64,000 nucleotides of DNA from an uncultured Methanoregulaceae archaeon (lineage in GTDB: Archaea; Halobacteriota; Methanomicrobia; Methanomicrobiales; Methanospirillaceae): contig OY970061.1 of assembly GCA_963705255.1 (NCBI GenBank), positions 1,696,001-1,760,000 of the forward strand. Direction: 5' to 3'. The position numbers were made by a program, and so were the translations under genes. Shown in pieces: positions 33,103 through 43,583 of the stretch (the first letter of the stretch is position 1; the number at the start of each line of letters is the position of its first letter). The notes beneath the pieces were generated by a model. It saw only the letters and a list, made by a program, of their open reading frames with translations. It was not told the DNA's origin and did no database searches.

Positions 33103-33639
33103 TGGAAAGTGATTGTGAATTCCTTCGTCTTGAGTATTATGATCTGGTTTTTCCCCAGAAAATATTCGTCATCACCATCGATGTGGGTGAATATCTATTC
33201 CCAGATGATTGTCATGAACAGCTGGAAACACCGCGAGGATACCCTGCAGAATTTTTATGCCGATAGTTTCTCCTGGTTCCATACCGGTGCAGCACATGGC
33301 TGGCAGATCGCAAAAGGCCTTTATGGTTCAGCCAAGGGACCCTATCCGAACCTCACCAGCCCGGTCTGGCGGAAGGTGCTGAACCAGAGTGCCCGCCAGT
33401 GAATCCTTCCGTTAAAGGGATCCGGATTGTTTCCGTCCATGAAGATCTCCCTGTAACGGGCGGGGCAGACTCGCCGTCAATACCGGTTCCTTTGCATGCC
33501 GGTCGGCCTGTTGCCGGTGCCATGACGATGGTATCGGTATGCCGGATCCTTTCCCAATATCCTACCTGTAGAGGAAATGGCTAGAAATCGTATATAGTAT
33601 AAGATTCAAACAGGAATTTATTCAAGAGTTGAATATAAA

Positions 33640-35023
33640 ATGAACTTTAATGCAGGAAAAGGAATTTTTGTAGCCATGCTGTTGTTATTCACCATCGCTG
33701 TATGCTCTGCTACAGCAGAATCCGGAAGTATCGGAACGGTCCATGCTGAAACAATTGTTCCGGTACCCGGGGGCGAGAGTATGGGATCTCTCCCCCAGCC
33801 AACACCGGCCGGCGAGTCTTCAGGCAATTACACCCGGCTGGAAATTATGCCCACGTACATGAACTTCGTGGTTGAGCCCGGTGAGAGAAAGGAGATGACC
33901 GTAACGGTCAGGAACCGGGACACAAAAAGCGCCCATATCCAGCCCGTGGTCCGGCAGCAGCCGTATGCCGGGCCAGATATCGCAGAGAGATCCTGGATCT
34001 CCGTGAGTCCTGCAAGTGCCGATATCGCAGCCGGCGAGAGCGCGAAATTCACGGTCGTAGTTACGATGCCTGCGGGAACTCTGCGGGGGATGTACTCCTC
34101 AATGATTACGTTTACCGACGAAGCATATCCCTCCGCGTATCCCCAGCCGTTTCCCAGTTATATCCACACGCTCGGGCTCAATATCAACGTCGCCTCGTCT
34201 CCCGTGATCCAGATCTCCACTCCGTATATCAGTGACCAGCTGGAATCGGGCTCCGAGTACCTCCTACACCGTGGACGTGAAGAACAAAGGGAGCGCGCCC
34301 CTTGCCCTAAACGCGAGAATTGGCGACGACAGCTACCCGGTGTACGGACCGTACGGGCCGCAGGAACCACCGCTGAATGCACAATCCTTCACGATCAATG
34401 CGCCTTCGAGCATTCCGCCGGGCCGGAACGGGACGGTAACCCTGAAGGTGAATGTGCCGAAGAATGCCAGCGGGTACTACAACGGGAACGTGGATCTCGG
34501 TATCGATGATCCCGCAATCAGGCTGGAGGAAAGCCGGATCCAGCTCAATTTCCTGATCTGGCAACAACCCGAGGGAGGTTTCTCGAAGAAGTTCCTGGTA
34601 CCGGCACAGGAACCCATCTCCCTGGAACTCACATCGGCCATGCCCATGATGAGTCCCGTAACGGCAGCCGGAACTCCCCAGAACTTGCCCCGCAGGGAGC
34701 CCTCGTTTGATGCCACCCTCACCGGGCCGGACGGAAACGCAAACCTCGTCCTCGTGGAGAAAGTGATCAAGGGTTCAGTGAACCTTGGCACTGACCCGGC
34801 ACTCACCAACGGCGATCAGCCGGGTCAGTACCAGGAGACCGGTACCCAGTACATTTTCACGTATTCCGCACAGGGTAAACCGGGCCAGTGGACGCTTGCG
34901 GTGATGCCGAGGAACACGCAGTCCTTTGAGTACAGGATCTCGCTTGGCGGGGACAATCCGTTACTGATCCCCTCCCTGTTCACGATTCCTCCCGGGCTGA
35001 TGGGGAATGCCTCCCGTCAGTAA
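33640..35023 (+). CDS. Secreted Ig-like repeat protein, indel near 34260
   Basis: Signal peptide and VTVRN/VDVKN Ig-like strands; the two ORFs join. Confidence 0.7.
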
Positions 35024-35247
35024 ACCCGCGTGCGGAGGAATATGGCGGCCGGTCCATGTCCTCCCGGACCGGGCCGGGACCTACGGTAGGAAAAGCGCCG
35101 GGAAATCCGGTCCGGTATATGCAATAAAAACCCGGAGAACTAAAAACCCCGTCAAGAGCTACGAACCCGTATGAATGCACGAAAATTAATTGAGATCGGC
35201 TGCGGGCCCCGAGAAACCCCCTTTGCAAACAAATCCACGGAGACCCC

Positions 35248-35487
35248 ATGACTGATGATCAACCTCCGTTCACCTGCCCCCGGTGCGGTCACCAGGACAA
35301 CATCTTTCATCACATCTGTCCCGAGTGCGGGCGTCCGTTCTTCCGGGACTATCAGGACACCCGGTTTTACCCGCGTGACCCGAACCCGCAGGGAATCTAT
35401 AAAGGAAAGTTCTGGGCACGGGTCTTCCTGGTGCTGATGCTGCTGGGAATAGCCCTCGGTATTCTCGCATCGTTTCACATTATCTAG
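35248..35487 (+). CDS. Small zinc-ribbon membrane protein
   Basis: CPRC...CPEC plus C-terminal TM. Confidence 0.7.
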   Translation: MTDDQPPFTCPRCGHQDNIFHHICPECGRPFFRDYQDTRFYPRDPNPQGIYKGKFWARVFLVLMLLGIALGILASFHII

Positions 35488-35495
35488 GAGGAAAA

Positions 35496-36434
35496 ATGCT
35501 CATGAATCTTACCGACCGGAGACTATGGGAAAAAATTCTCGTTGCCGTGTGCTGCGCGATCATTATTTCATGGATTGCGCTCTTCGTCATCAGCCCGGAG
35601 CATAGAATTGTTCTCGGGACCTGCGGTCCTAATACCGTGCCGATGTATTATTCAGTGGATATCCAACCGGAATTTGCCTCGGGTTTCCTCCACGAGTTCG
35701 GGGAGCGCGAACCCGAGCGAGACCTGACCCTGCCCCCGATGAAGCGTTACGCGGAAAAGCAGCAGATCATCGACACCCTGATGGACCGGGCCGGGATCAC
35801 CGCTGCACCGGACTCCGTTATCGGCCTCTATGAATTCCCGTATGCCCGGATCCTTCTTGCCAGCCGGGATACGGGTATGGTTGAAGTGCTAGGGACACGT
35901 GAAGGGGTCAGGACATTTAACCTGACCCCGGTACCTGTGGGAAGCCGAAGGTACGGGACCAACGGGACCGTGAACCCGGTGCAGCGTGGGGCCTATAATT
36001 TTACTTCTGACTATTTTGTCGCAATTGACAGGGTTGATCTTGTGCTCCCGCCACCGGGAAATGCAACGAAGCCCTTGTATATTGTCTATAAAACCGATGT
36101 CGACCGGGTTTTTTATCCTGACGGCAGGCCCCTTGTGTCGATCACCACCCGCAGCACATTTTATGTACTCTACGGGCAGCGAATCGAACGCGTTATCGGC
36201 ATGTCTGAAATCAAACTCGACCCGGTATGGAAGCAGTGCTCTCCACGGATGGATGTATCCGGGGAAGGCAGCAGGCTTGGGGAGATACAAAATACGGTGA
36301 AACTTGCACGGTCTTCGGAACGGATTCTGTGGTCCCGCCTGATCGTCACAAGCGCCGATATCCAGCAGTACGATACCGGCGAGGAAAGCACGAGCCAGTG
36401 GATGTCCACTGACAGTTCTGGGTGCAGTTGTTGA
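35496..36434 (+). CDS. Membrane-anchored secreted hypothetical protein
   Basis: N-terminal TM; AGGAGG RBS; ends GCSC. Confidence 0.7.
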   Translation: MLMNLTDRRLWEKILVAVCCAIIISWIALFVISPEHRIVLGTCGPNTVPMYYSVDIQPEFASGFLHEFGEREPERDLTLPPMKRYAEKQQIIDTLMDRAGITAAPDSVIGLYEFPYARILLASRDTGMVEVLGTREGVRTFNLTPVPVGSRRYGTNGTVNPVQRGAYNFTSDYFVAIDRVDLVLPPPGNATKPLYIVYKTDVDRVFYPDGRPLVSITTRSTFYVLYGQRIERVIGMSEIKLDPVWKQCSPRMDVSGEGSRLGEIQNTVKLARSSERILWSRLIVTSADIQQYDTGEESTSQWMSTDSSGCSC

Positions 36435-36445
36435 AGGGAGGAACT

Positions 36446-36904
36446 ATGAAATTTCGAACGCTTATCGTCATTGCTCTGCTGCTGGCAGCGATCGTTTTGA
36501 TACCGTTCGCGAGTGCGGCAAACAGGACGACGGACCAAGCGTACTACCTGACTCATGCGGAAACCCTTGCCGGGCAGAAAGACATGTCACGGTACAGCAA
36601 TACGCCGAAGCCTGAACCGCTCCAGACCATGAACGAGTCGACTGCCCGCCTTAATCCGAATGTGATTTGGTGCGGGAACGACTGCATGGTACCGAAGCCC
36701 TGCTCCTTCCCGTTCATTCAGTGCAAGTCCCCGCTCACGGTTATGATCGTGTACAATGTGAAGGGAACAAATCCGGGTTATCCCGGCCCGGTCGTCGGGT
36801 ATGGGATGAGCGGCCGGTCATTGCAGGATACGGTTTATGGTTCGGGAACCGGGAATCCGGATCTCTTCCTGCCGTTAGAAACTCTTGCGGGGATGGTACC
36901 TTGA
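36446..36904 (+). CDS. Secreted Cys-containing hypothetical protein
   Basis: MKFRTLIV signal peptide; GGAGG RBS. Confidence 0.7.
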   Translation: MKFRTLIVIALLLAAIVLIPFASAANRTTDQAYYLTHAETLAGQKDMSRYSNTPKPEPLQTMNESTARLNPNVIWCGNDCMVPKPCSFPFIQCKSPLTVMIVYNVKGTNPGYPGPVVGYGMSGRSLQDTVYGSGTGNPDLFLPLETLAGMVP

Positions 36905-38415
36905 ACAGAAATTCAGGCCTCTTCTTCGGGCTGATCGTGTGCCTCGTTCTCGGTGCCGGGTGCGTATCGGCCCCGACACCGGCATCGACACCGGAAAATC
37001 CGACCGCACCGATAATTGCAGAGAAATTCGTACACCAGCAGGATACGATACGGGATCTCTCGGCAACTGTCGAGATCACGACGGAAGACTATCCGAACAA
37101 GGACCGGTTCGTGGTGCAGAAAAAAGATCCGCACCACTACCGGATCGAATATCTTATGTCAGGCGGAGAGGCGAACGGTACGCTGATCGTGACAAATGGC
37201 AACGTTATCTGGTGGTACTCCCCGCTGACAAAGACCGTTCGCACTACCACCCACATCGATCCGGATGAGACCTATTTCACGCAGAGGGATTACCAGAAGA
37301 TCGTACGGGATCTTTTTGAACGATACCCTCGTGCGTTTTATCTGAGCAGGATTGACGCTGGAAATAATTCATACGTGATGATCTTTTCCGCCCTGCCGAA
37401 CGAATCCTTCAGTGGTCTTCCTCAGGATTACCAGAATGCCCGGGTCTGGATAGATGCCGATTCCTGGATCGCAAAGAGAATTGAGTTTTTTAACTCCGAT
37501 TGGCCAGCACCTATGACCGTGGAATACCGGGATATCCGGGTGAACAGCGGCATTCCCGACAGCGAATTTGCGTTCGATCCCCGGACCGTGCCGAATCCGC
37601 CTGAAGAATTCCGGCATCACGATCCCGTAAGTTTTTACCTTACTCTCAAAGATTTCTATCGTAGTCTGGGTTCCGATTTCGTGGTTCCCGCCTATGTCCC
37701 AGAGGGATATTCCTATGACAGCGGTTCCTGGACCTGGGACGGGGCAGTCATACTCTGGTTTTCAAACGGCTCAAAGGGATTGCAGTACATTGATTCTCCG
37801 GTGATAGGGAAACCGTTCTCAGAATCCCTTGACGGAGACATCGCAGAAGTTACCATCAACAGGACCACCGGCCTGTTCCAGACGGGGAAAGGCAAAAACC
37901 AGCTGCAGTGGATCGAAGGCGGCCATGCATACGCGATCACCGGCATGCTGGATGAAGCGGAGATGGTGCGGATGGCAACCTCCCTTGCACACATGGACGA
38001 CCGGCTCATGGCAACGATTCCTGTGAACAAACCCAAAAACGCCCAGCCGCTGACCATCTCTGAATTGACCTCCATAGTCATGCCGGAATCCTGGGTCCGC
38101 AGTCATAACAATAGTACCACTCCGGGAATCGTCGATATCCGGCTTCCTGCCCGCGAGTTTAATGAAACGTTTTCCAAGAGTACACAGTATCCGGATTTCC
38201 TCGTGTATCGCAACACCGGCCCGGACGAACGGGTTGTGCTGTACCAGATCCCGAAGACTATGTTCGCTGCGAATAATCCGGATCCAGCGCAGGTCGTGAT
38301 GAACCATCCGGAATCGATGTTCCGGTATTACCCGGACCTGAATGCGGTCTTTCTGGACCGGTGCAGATACGACCGGATTCCGTGTCCGCCAGGAGGTGTT
38401 CAGGGAAATGCGTAA
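36901..38415 (+). CDS. LolA-like lipoprotein with DUF4367-like C-terminal domain
   Basis: TTG start; GAGC lipobox; IVTNGNVIWWY, VWID, VNSGIPDSEF; LQWIEGG..YAITG. Confidence 0.75.
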   Translation: MNRNSGLFFGLIVCLVLGAGCVSAPTPASTPENPTAPIIAEKFVHQQDTIRDLSATVEITTEDYPNKDRFVVQKKDPHHYRIEYLMSGGEANGTLIVTNGNVIWWYSPLTKTVRTTTHIDPDETYFTQRDYQKIVRDLFERYPRAFYLSRIDAGNNSYVMIFSALPNESFSGLPQDYQNARVWIDADSWIAKRIEFFNSDWPAPMTVEYRDIRVNSGIPDSEFAFDPRTVPNPPEEFRHHDPVSFYLTLKDFYRSLGSDFVVPAYVPEGYSYDSGSWTWDGAVILWFSNGSKGLQYIDSPVIGKPFSESLDGDIAEVTINRTTGLFQTGKGKNQLQWIEGGHAYAITGMLDEAEMVRMATSLAHMDDRLMATIPVNKPKNAQPLTISELTSIVMPESWVRSHNNSTTPGIVDIRLPAREFNETFSKSTQYPDFLVYRNTGPDERVVLYQIPKTMFAANNPDPAQVVMNHPESMFRYYPDLNAVFLDRCRYDRIPCPPGGVQGNA

Positions 38416-40585
38416 TCTTGTATGGCTGGTAGCCCTGGCACTGGCGGTCGTTGTTGCAGCCGGGTGTGTGGGTTTTTTTGGCCAGGGGGCACCGCAGCGA
38501 TCCCATGAAGAGATCAACCAGACAATTGCCGATTCGAACCCCGTCATATCTGCCGTATCCCGGGAAACCGATCCCAACCTCGTTCCGATCCCCACCGCCT
38601 TCAACCAGTCTCTCGCAGAGTTCTGGTCGTTCACCATCGACGGTCCCTATAGCTCCGATCCGAACTGGACCACTGCTGCTCTCGATGCTGAACCGGTCAT
38701 CCTCTTCGATATCAACGGCACGCCGCAGTACTACGAGTTTTATCTCCGTAATGGGGGAACTATCCCCGGGTATTTCTGGACGTCAGCAAACAAACTCATG
38801 GGTCACGGGGTCTTCCGGCTCTACCAGGGAGCTCCGTCGTACAATCATTCGCAGATCGCGTTGGATGCGGAAAAGGTTGTGAAAATGCGGTACCCGGATT
38901 ACCCTCTCGTTTCGGATGTTCCCGCTCTCTATGGCGGAGGTTACCCTATGCTCTGCAGAATGATCATGATACGGAACACGAGCAACGGAACAGACGAGAG
39001 GGTCGTTGTCGATGCATTCACACTCGAAATCGTTCCGGACCACCCTTCCGAAGACTACAAGGGCAGTGAATATGCGTGGTCGTACCTGGACTCCGTCCCT
39101 CAGGGCGAATGGCCGGATCGTATTGCGCAATGGGAGCTGCAGGAATCGAACGCGAGCGGGATCGTGGCGTATGCGATGTCGCAGGGCATAGATGTCCGGC
39201 TCTCGGTCAGCCCACAGAATGCAAGTATCATCCGGAACTATTCTTCTGCTGGATCACCGGGGTCCTCACTTTCCGGACCTGACAGCACACCTGCAGTACT
39301 GGACGCCCACCCGATCACGAACGAGCTGATCCGGGAAAATGAGGTGCCGGTAGATACCGCCCGTGTCCAGGCACAATCCACCCTCTGGGACCGGCAGGTC
39401 GACCGGCCCGAGATCTCTGATGACCTGTCCTACCGGAATGCCACGATCAGCAGCCGGGAGCCTGCGATTATCGAGGATTTCAGTGGCCGGAAACTCTATT
39501 ACGTATTCGGCGTCGAACGCGACGGGGTTGCTGTCGGTGAAATTATTGTCGGGGCCAACAAGGGACTGTTTTCCCATCCCTGGGGTCTTGAGACCCCCGT
39601 TGGGGAATACGATATCGCGAATGCTGTGCAGAAAGCCCGCGATACGGCTGCGCGGGATTTTCCCGGCTCTGTCGCGCTCTCAACCCGGCCGGTCTATTCC
39701 CTTGCCGATAACTGCTGCCATAATGTTACTATCATGATGGAAGTGGAGAATCCGCAGACCCGTGAACGCAACCGGATCCTTGTCGATACGTATACCCTGA
39801 ACAGCCGGGTTGAACCGGTTACGGGTAACGAGGACACTGAGGCAAACCCGTCACTTTTTTCCCGGGTGACACCCACGGACTTTGCCGACAACACCCGGCG
39901 ATGGGAGGAAGACGATAAAAAAGACCGGGATTTCATCGCGTACGCACAATCGCAGGGAATTTACGGGGACCGGCCGCTGACCGACACCGGGATCGTGGCG
40001 CTCGGTGCGTATATTACCAGAACTTTACCCGTATACGAGCACCCTCCGGCATTCAACCCGCTTTACCCGGGACCCGCAACCCTTCCGACCCTGAGTAAGG
40101 AAACCCTTGCATGGCACGAGCAGGCAGACTGGTTCAGCGTCATCGATGTCGACACTTCGCTCAGTACCGAAGATATCGAACGGATCATCAGCAGTCACCG
40201 GATACCCTATAATTATACATTGCAGGTTTTTTCCCCTGCAATCGTGAGGCGATATTACCTCCGCGTTCCTGAAACGGACTACAACCGGACGTTTTCGATC
40301 CTGACGAGCGATGGATCTGCTGGTCCTGACCGGGAAACCACTATGTGGGATTACGTCACGTTCCTGAAGTGGGAAAACGGTACGATCACCATCCCTGTCG
40401 GGATCGACCCACCGGAGGAGGCAAACTTCCTGCGCCTGAAGGGACAGGGGGTCTTCCTGCGGCACATGAAAACAGTCTATATCAACTTTGATTCTGGTGT
40501 GAAAAAGGCCGAACGGGAAAAAATTCTCGCGGAACTCAATTGGGATGACCGGGTATTGTTTGCCCGGAGGGAGTGGCCAGGATGA
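38408..40585 (+). CDS. Lipoprotein with an internally duplicated domain
   Basis: AAGC lipobox; PVILFDING..QYYEF/PAIIEDFSG..LYYVF, ANK and VVVDAFTL/ILVDTYTL repeats. Confidence 0.7.
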   Translation: MRNLVWLVALALAVVVAAGCVGFFGQGAPQRSHEEINQTIADSNPVISAVSRETDPNLVPIPTAFNQSLAEFWSFTIDGPYSSDPNWTTAALDAEPVILFDINGTPQYYEFYLRNGGTIPGYFWTSANKLMGHGVFRLYQGAPSYNHSQIALDAEKVVKMRYPDYPLVSDVPALYGGGYPMLCRMIMIRNTSNGTDERVVVDAFTLEIVPDHPSEDYKGSEYAWSYLDSVPQGEWPDRIAQWELQESNASGIVAYAMSQGIDVRLSVSPQNASIIRNYSSAGSPGSSLSGPDSTPAVLDAHPITNELIRENEVPVDTARVQAQSTLWDRQVDRPEISDDLSYRNATISSREPAIIEDFSGRKLYYVFGVERDGVAVGEIIVGANKGLFSHPWGLETPVGEYDIANAVQKARDTAARDFPGSVALSTRPVYSLADNCCHNVTIMMEVENPQTRERNRILVDTYTLNSRVEPVTGNEDTEANPSLFSRVTPTDFADNTRRWEEDDKKDRDFIAYAQSQGIYGDRPLTDTGIVALGAYITRTLPVYEHPPAFNPLYPGPATLPTLSKETLAWHEQADWFSVIDVDTSLSTEDIERIISSHRIPYNYTLQVFSPAIVRRYYLRVPETDYNRTFSILTSDGSAGPDRETTMWDYVTFLKWENGTITIPVGIDPPEEANFLRLKGQGVFLRHMKTVYINFDSGVKKAEREKILAELNWDDRVLFARREWPG

Positions 40586-40661
40586 AACGCTGCCGGGTTG
40601 CTGCGGGAATTATAATTGGATCACTCGCGTGTGCTACATTCCTTCTCGCGAGGAGAGTAAG

Positions 40662-41870
40662 ATGATGCACGCGATGAAACGGTCTGAGTCAGAAAGATGT
40701 ATTTTCTGGTTGATGTTTTTTGCCGTATCGTTAATCATGATTGTATCCGTCCACGCCGCAACTCCAGACACATCAGCGCCAGAAAGTTTACAAAATGCAT
40801 CCGCCCCGCACTACATTTATGATCCGAAGACCGGGGCTTTGATAGGCTATGGCACGACCCCTTCCCCAGAAGAACTGAAGATCCTTAACCGGACCCGTGG
40901 TCCAGGGTATTCCCCGTTCCCCGCACCGACCCCGCTCGCGATGGACATCTCGCCGGAAAAGCCGGTCTATGCATACGGAGCACCGGTAAAAGTTAACATC
41001 ACCCTCTCCAATGCCATCGCAGATTTGTTCACCTTCCCGGGTTTTCCCCCGGCCCTTGAGGTCTCGACCCGGCCTGATGGGTGGAATAAGGGAATAGTCC
41101 GGAACCTTCCACATGGCGAAGAGACCCAGATTCTTGAACCTCACAGTACGGCAAGCACGATCCTTGCCTGGGACCAGCGTAACGATCAGCAGGTCCAGGT
41201 GGATCCGGGCGTGTACTACCTGACGGCACAAGCAAAGTTCACCCAGAATCTCACCCCGGATTCAACCATTACGTTCGGCCCGGATCCCGGGTTTATGAAT
41301 GCCCGATCAGAAGTCATCGTCCAGTACCCGCAGGGTGCGCTGGCCGGTTCCCTGTACCCCGATACGACGGTAACCGATAGCGAAGTAACCGCAAGGCTCG
41401 AATCTCTCGCACTCGACGAACGGGGGGGCTTTGCAAACCTGACAGTGATTGCACCGGCGCCCAGGAAAGGTTCTGATTCACTCCCGGGATTCTCGCAGGT
41501 GACCACTGAATACCGCGTCGACGATGGACCAGCGCGGGATTTCCGGGACACGATCTCCTGGTACGGAAATGGTGTGAACAAGGTCACATTGCATCTGGCA
41601 CCTGTCCCCTGCGATGCCCGGGAGATCCATATTACTGCAACCACGTTTGACCCATACCGCGGCCACTGGAATTTCACGGTCGATACTTCAGCGATCCGCA
41701 CCTGTGCTGTGGACAACGACACCCTGTTTTCCCGGGAGACGATGCGGAATTCCACTGCGGTAAAAACACCTACGACACCATTGCCCGCACCACTTCCTCT
41801 CACGTTCACCATTACGGCATTGGGTATCGCCGGAGTGATTTCGCTCATGCAAAAAAGATGGATGCGATAA
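40662..41870 (+). CDS. Surface protein with BsuPI/FlgD-like Ig domain and C-terminal anchor
   Basis: WDQRND...VDPGVYYL; APLP-TM-KRWMR. Confidence 0.7.
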   Translation: MMHAMKRSESERCIFWLMFFAVSLIMIVSVHAATPDTSAPESLQNASAPHYIYDPKTGALIGYGTTPSPEELKILNRTRGPGYSPFPAPTPLAMDISPEKPVYAYGAPVKVNITLSNAIADLFTFPGFPPALEVSTRPDGWNKGIVRNLPHGEETQILEPHSTASTILAWDQRNDQQVQVDPGVYYLTAQAKFTQNLTPDSTITFGPDPGFMNARSEVIVQYPQGALAGSLYPDTTVTDSEVTARLESLALDERGGFANLTVIAPAPRKGSDSLPGFSQVTTEYRVDDGPARDFRDTISWYGNGVNKVTLHLAPVPCDAREIHITATTFDPYRGHWNFTVDTSAIRTCAVDNDTLFSRETMRNSTAVKTPTTPLPAPLPLTFTITALGIAGVISLMQKRWMR

Positions 41871-41871
41871 A

Positions 41872-43581
41872 ATGATTTCTCGTCATTATTCTCTCACGAA
41901 TGGATTCTTGGTCGTATTGGTTCTGATCGCGATGCTTGCACTCGTCGCATCGGTATCAGCCGATAACAGTCAGACCATAACCGTCCCGAACTCCGGGAAA
42001 TATCCTCTCCCGCCATTGCATGTCAACAGTTCGATGGAACCGGTGATCCTGAACCAGGAACTCAGCACGGTGGAACAAACCGGTGTTTATCTGATCCCCC
42101 TCGGTTCAATCATCCTCCAGTCAGACGATGGAGTCGACCGCGTTTTTTACCCGAACGGCACCCAGTTCCTTGCCGTGTACGACACCGGCGCTCAGCATAA
42201 TCATAACGTACCAAACGGGGCGTTCGTTGATTCTGAGGGAAACATTACCTTTGTCCTTTCCGGGAACCTGTTGGTGATGACAATCATCGATGCAACAGAG
42301 AGAGGAATCGCAATGCCGACACCGGCACTGCTTGTTGCATCGTTCTCGCCCATGCCGCCGAACGAGGGAAATCCCCCCCTGAAAGTACAGTTCTCGGATT
42401 ATTCGCAGGGAACGATTACCGGTTGGAACTGGTCGTTTGGCGATGGATCTCTTTCGAGTGAACGATACCCGGTCCATACATACAGGGTCAACGGTACCTA
42501 CAACGTAACCCTTACCGTCAGCGGACCGTCAGGGACAGATACCTTCACCTACCCGGGATGCGTCACGGTCGGTCCCCGGCCACCGGTTGCACAGTTCGGC
42601 GCCGATCCCCAGCGTGCCGATTACGCACCTCTCACGGTCACCTTCAACGATAATTCCATGGGGGACATCACGGGGTGGCTCTGGACCTTCGGCGACGGAA
42701 CTACCTCGGCAGAACAAAACCCGGTGCATACCTACCAGAAACAGGGGAACTACTCAGTGGGACTGACGGTTTCCGGACCGGCTGGCACCAGTACGGTGAA
42801 AGACTGGGCCTTCATCCTCGTCGGCCCGTTCCCGCCGGTCGCTGACTTTGACGTTATTTACACTTCACATCCGGCACCATGCAGCGCTGAATTCCAGCAA
42901 TATTCCCAAGGTACGATCACGCAATGGTTCTGGGACTTCGGGGACGGAACAAAATCCACGGATAAGAAACCGGTCCATACGTACCAGAGAAATGGGAATT
43001 TCACGGTCAACCTTACCGTTACCGGCCCGGAAGGTACCAGTTCAAAGAGCCGGCCCTCCTTCATCCACATAGGCGAGCCGTTTTTTATAAGTATGGACCC
43101 GAGCGGCATCCATTCGGTTGGCGAGACGTTTAACCTGACCGGGGAAACAAACCTTCCCGTTGGTGAAGAGCTTGACTATTATGTGATGACGAGTGCCTTC
43201 AATCCGGGCGGTCCGCAGTTCGGGAACCCGAGCAATGCATCCGGGTGGATACGGGTTGTTCCGGGAACCTCCGGGAACAACAGCTGGTCGTTTCATCTCG
43301 ACACAAAGGAATTCAGGCCGGATGAATATTTCGTGGAGCTCCAGGCAACCACGTTCAATAGCGTGTACAGCATGTTCAGGTTCACACTTATCAAGGGAAA
43401 ACAAACTCCCGTAGAAACTCCACTTCTTTCACTGGTAACGCCAACGATGCAACCCCCCATGTCCGTTAATACTTCGGTTTCATCCACGACACAACCCTCG
43501 CCTGTGCCTCTTATTTTCACGCTGTCGGCATTGGGCATCATCGGTGTAATTTCGTCAATGCAAAAAAAGTGGAGAGGCTGA
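41872..43581 (+). CDS. PKD-domain (x3) surface protein with C-terminal anchor
   Basis: Three W.W.FGDG..S....PVHTY repeats; SPVP-TM-KKWRG. Confidence 0.9.
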   Translation: MISRHYSLTNGFLVVLVLIAMLALVASVSADNSQTITVPNSGKYPLPPLHVNSSMEPVILNQELSTVEQTGVYLIPLGSIILQSDDGVDRVFYPNGTQFLAVYDTGAQHNHNVPNGAFVDSEGNITFVLSGNLLVMTIIDATERGIAMPTPALLVASFSPMPPNEGNPPLKVQFSDYSQGTITGWNWSFGDGSLSSERYPVHTYRVNGTYNVTLTVSGPSGTDTFTYPGCVTVGPRPPVAQFGADPQRADYAPLTVTFNDNSMGDITGWLWTFGDGTTSAEQNPVHTYQKQGNYSVGLTVSGPAGTSTVKDWAFILVGPFPPVADFDVIYTSHPAPCSAEFQQYSQGTITQWFWDFGDGTKSTDKKPVHTYQRNGNFTVNLTVTGPEGTSSKSRPSFIHIGEPFFISMDPSGIHSVGETFNLTGETNLPVGEELDYYVMTSAFNPGGPQFGNPSNASGWIRVVPGTSGNNSWSFHLDTKEFRPDEYFVELQATTFNSVYSMFRFTLIKGKQTPVETPLLSLVTPTMQPPMSVNTSVSSTTQPSPVPLIFTLSALGIIGVISSMQKKWRG

Positions 43582-43583
43582 TA

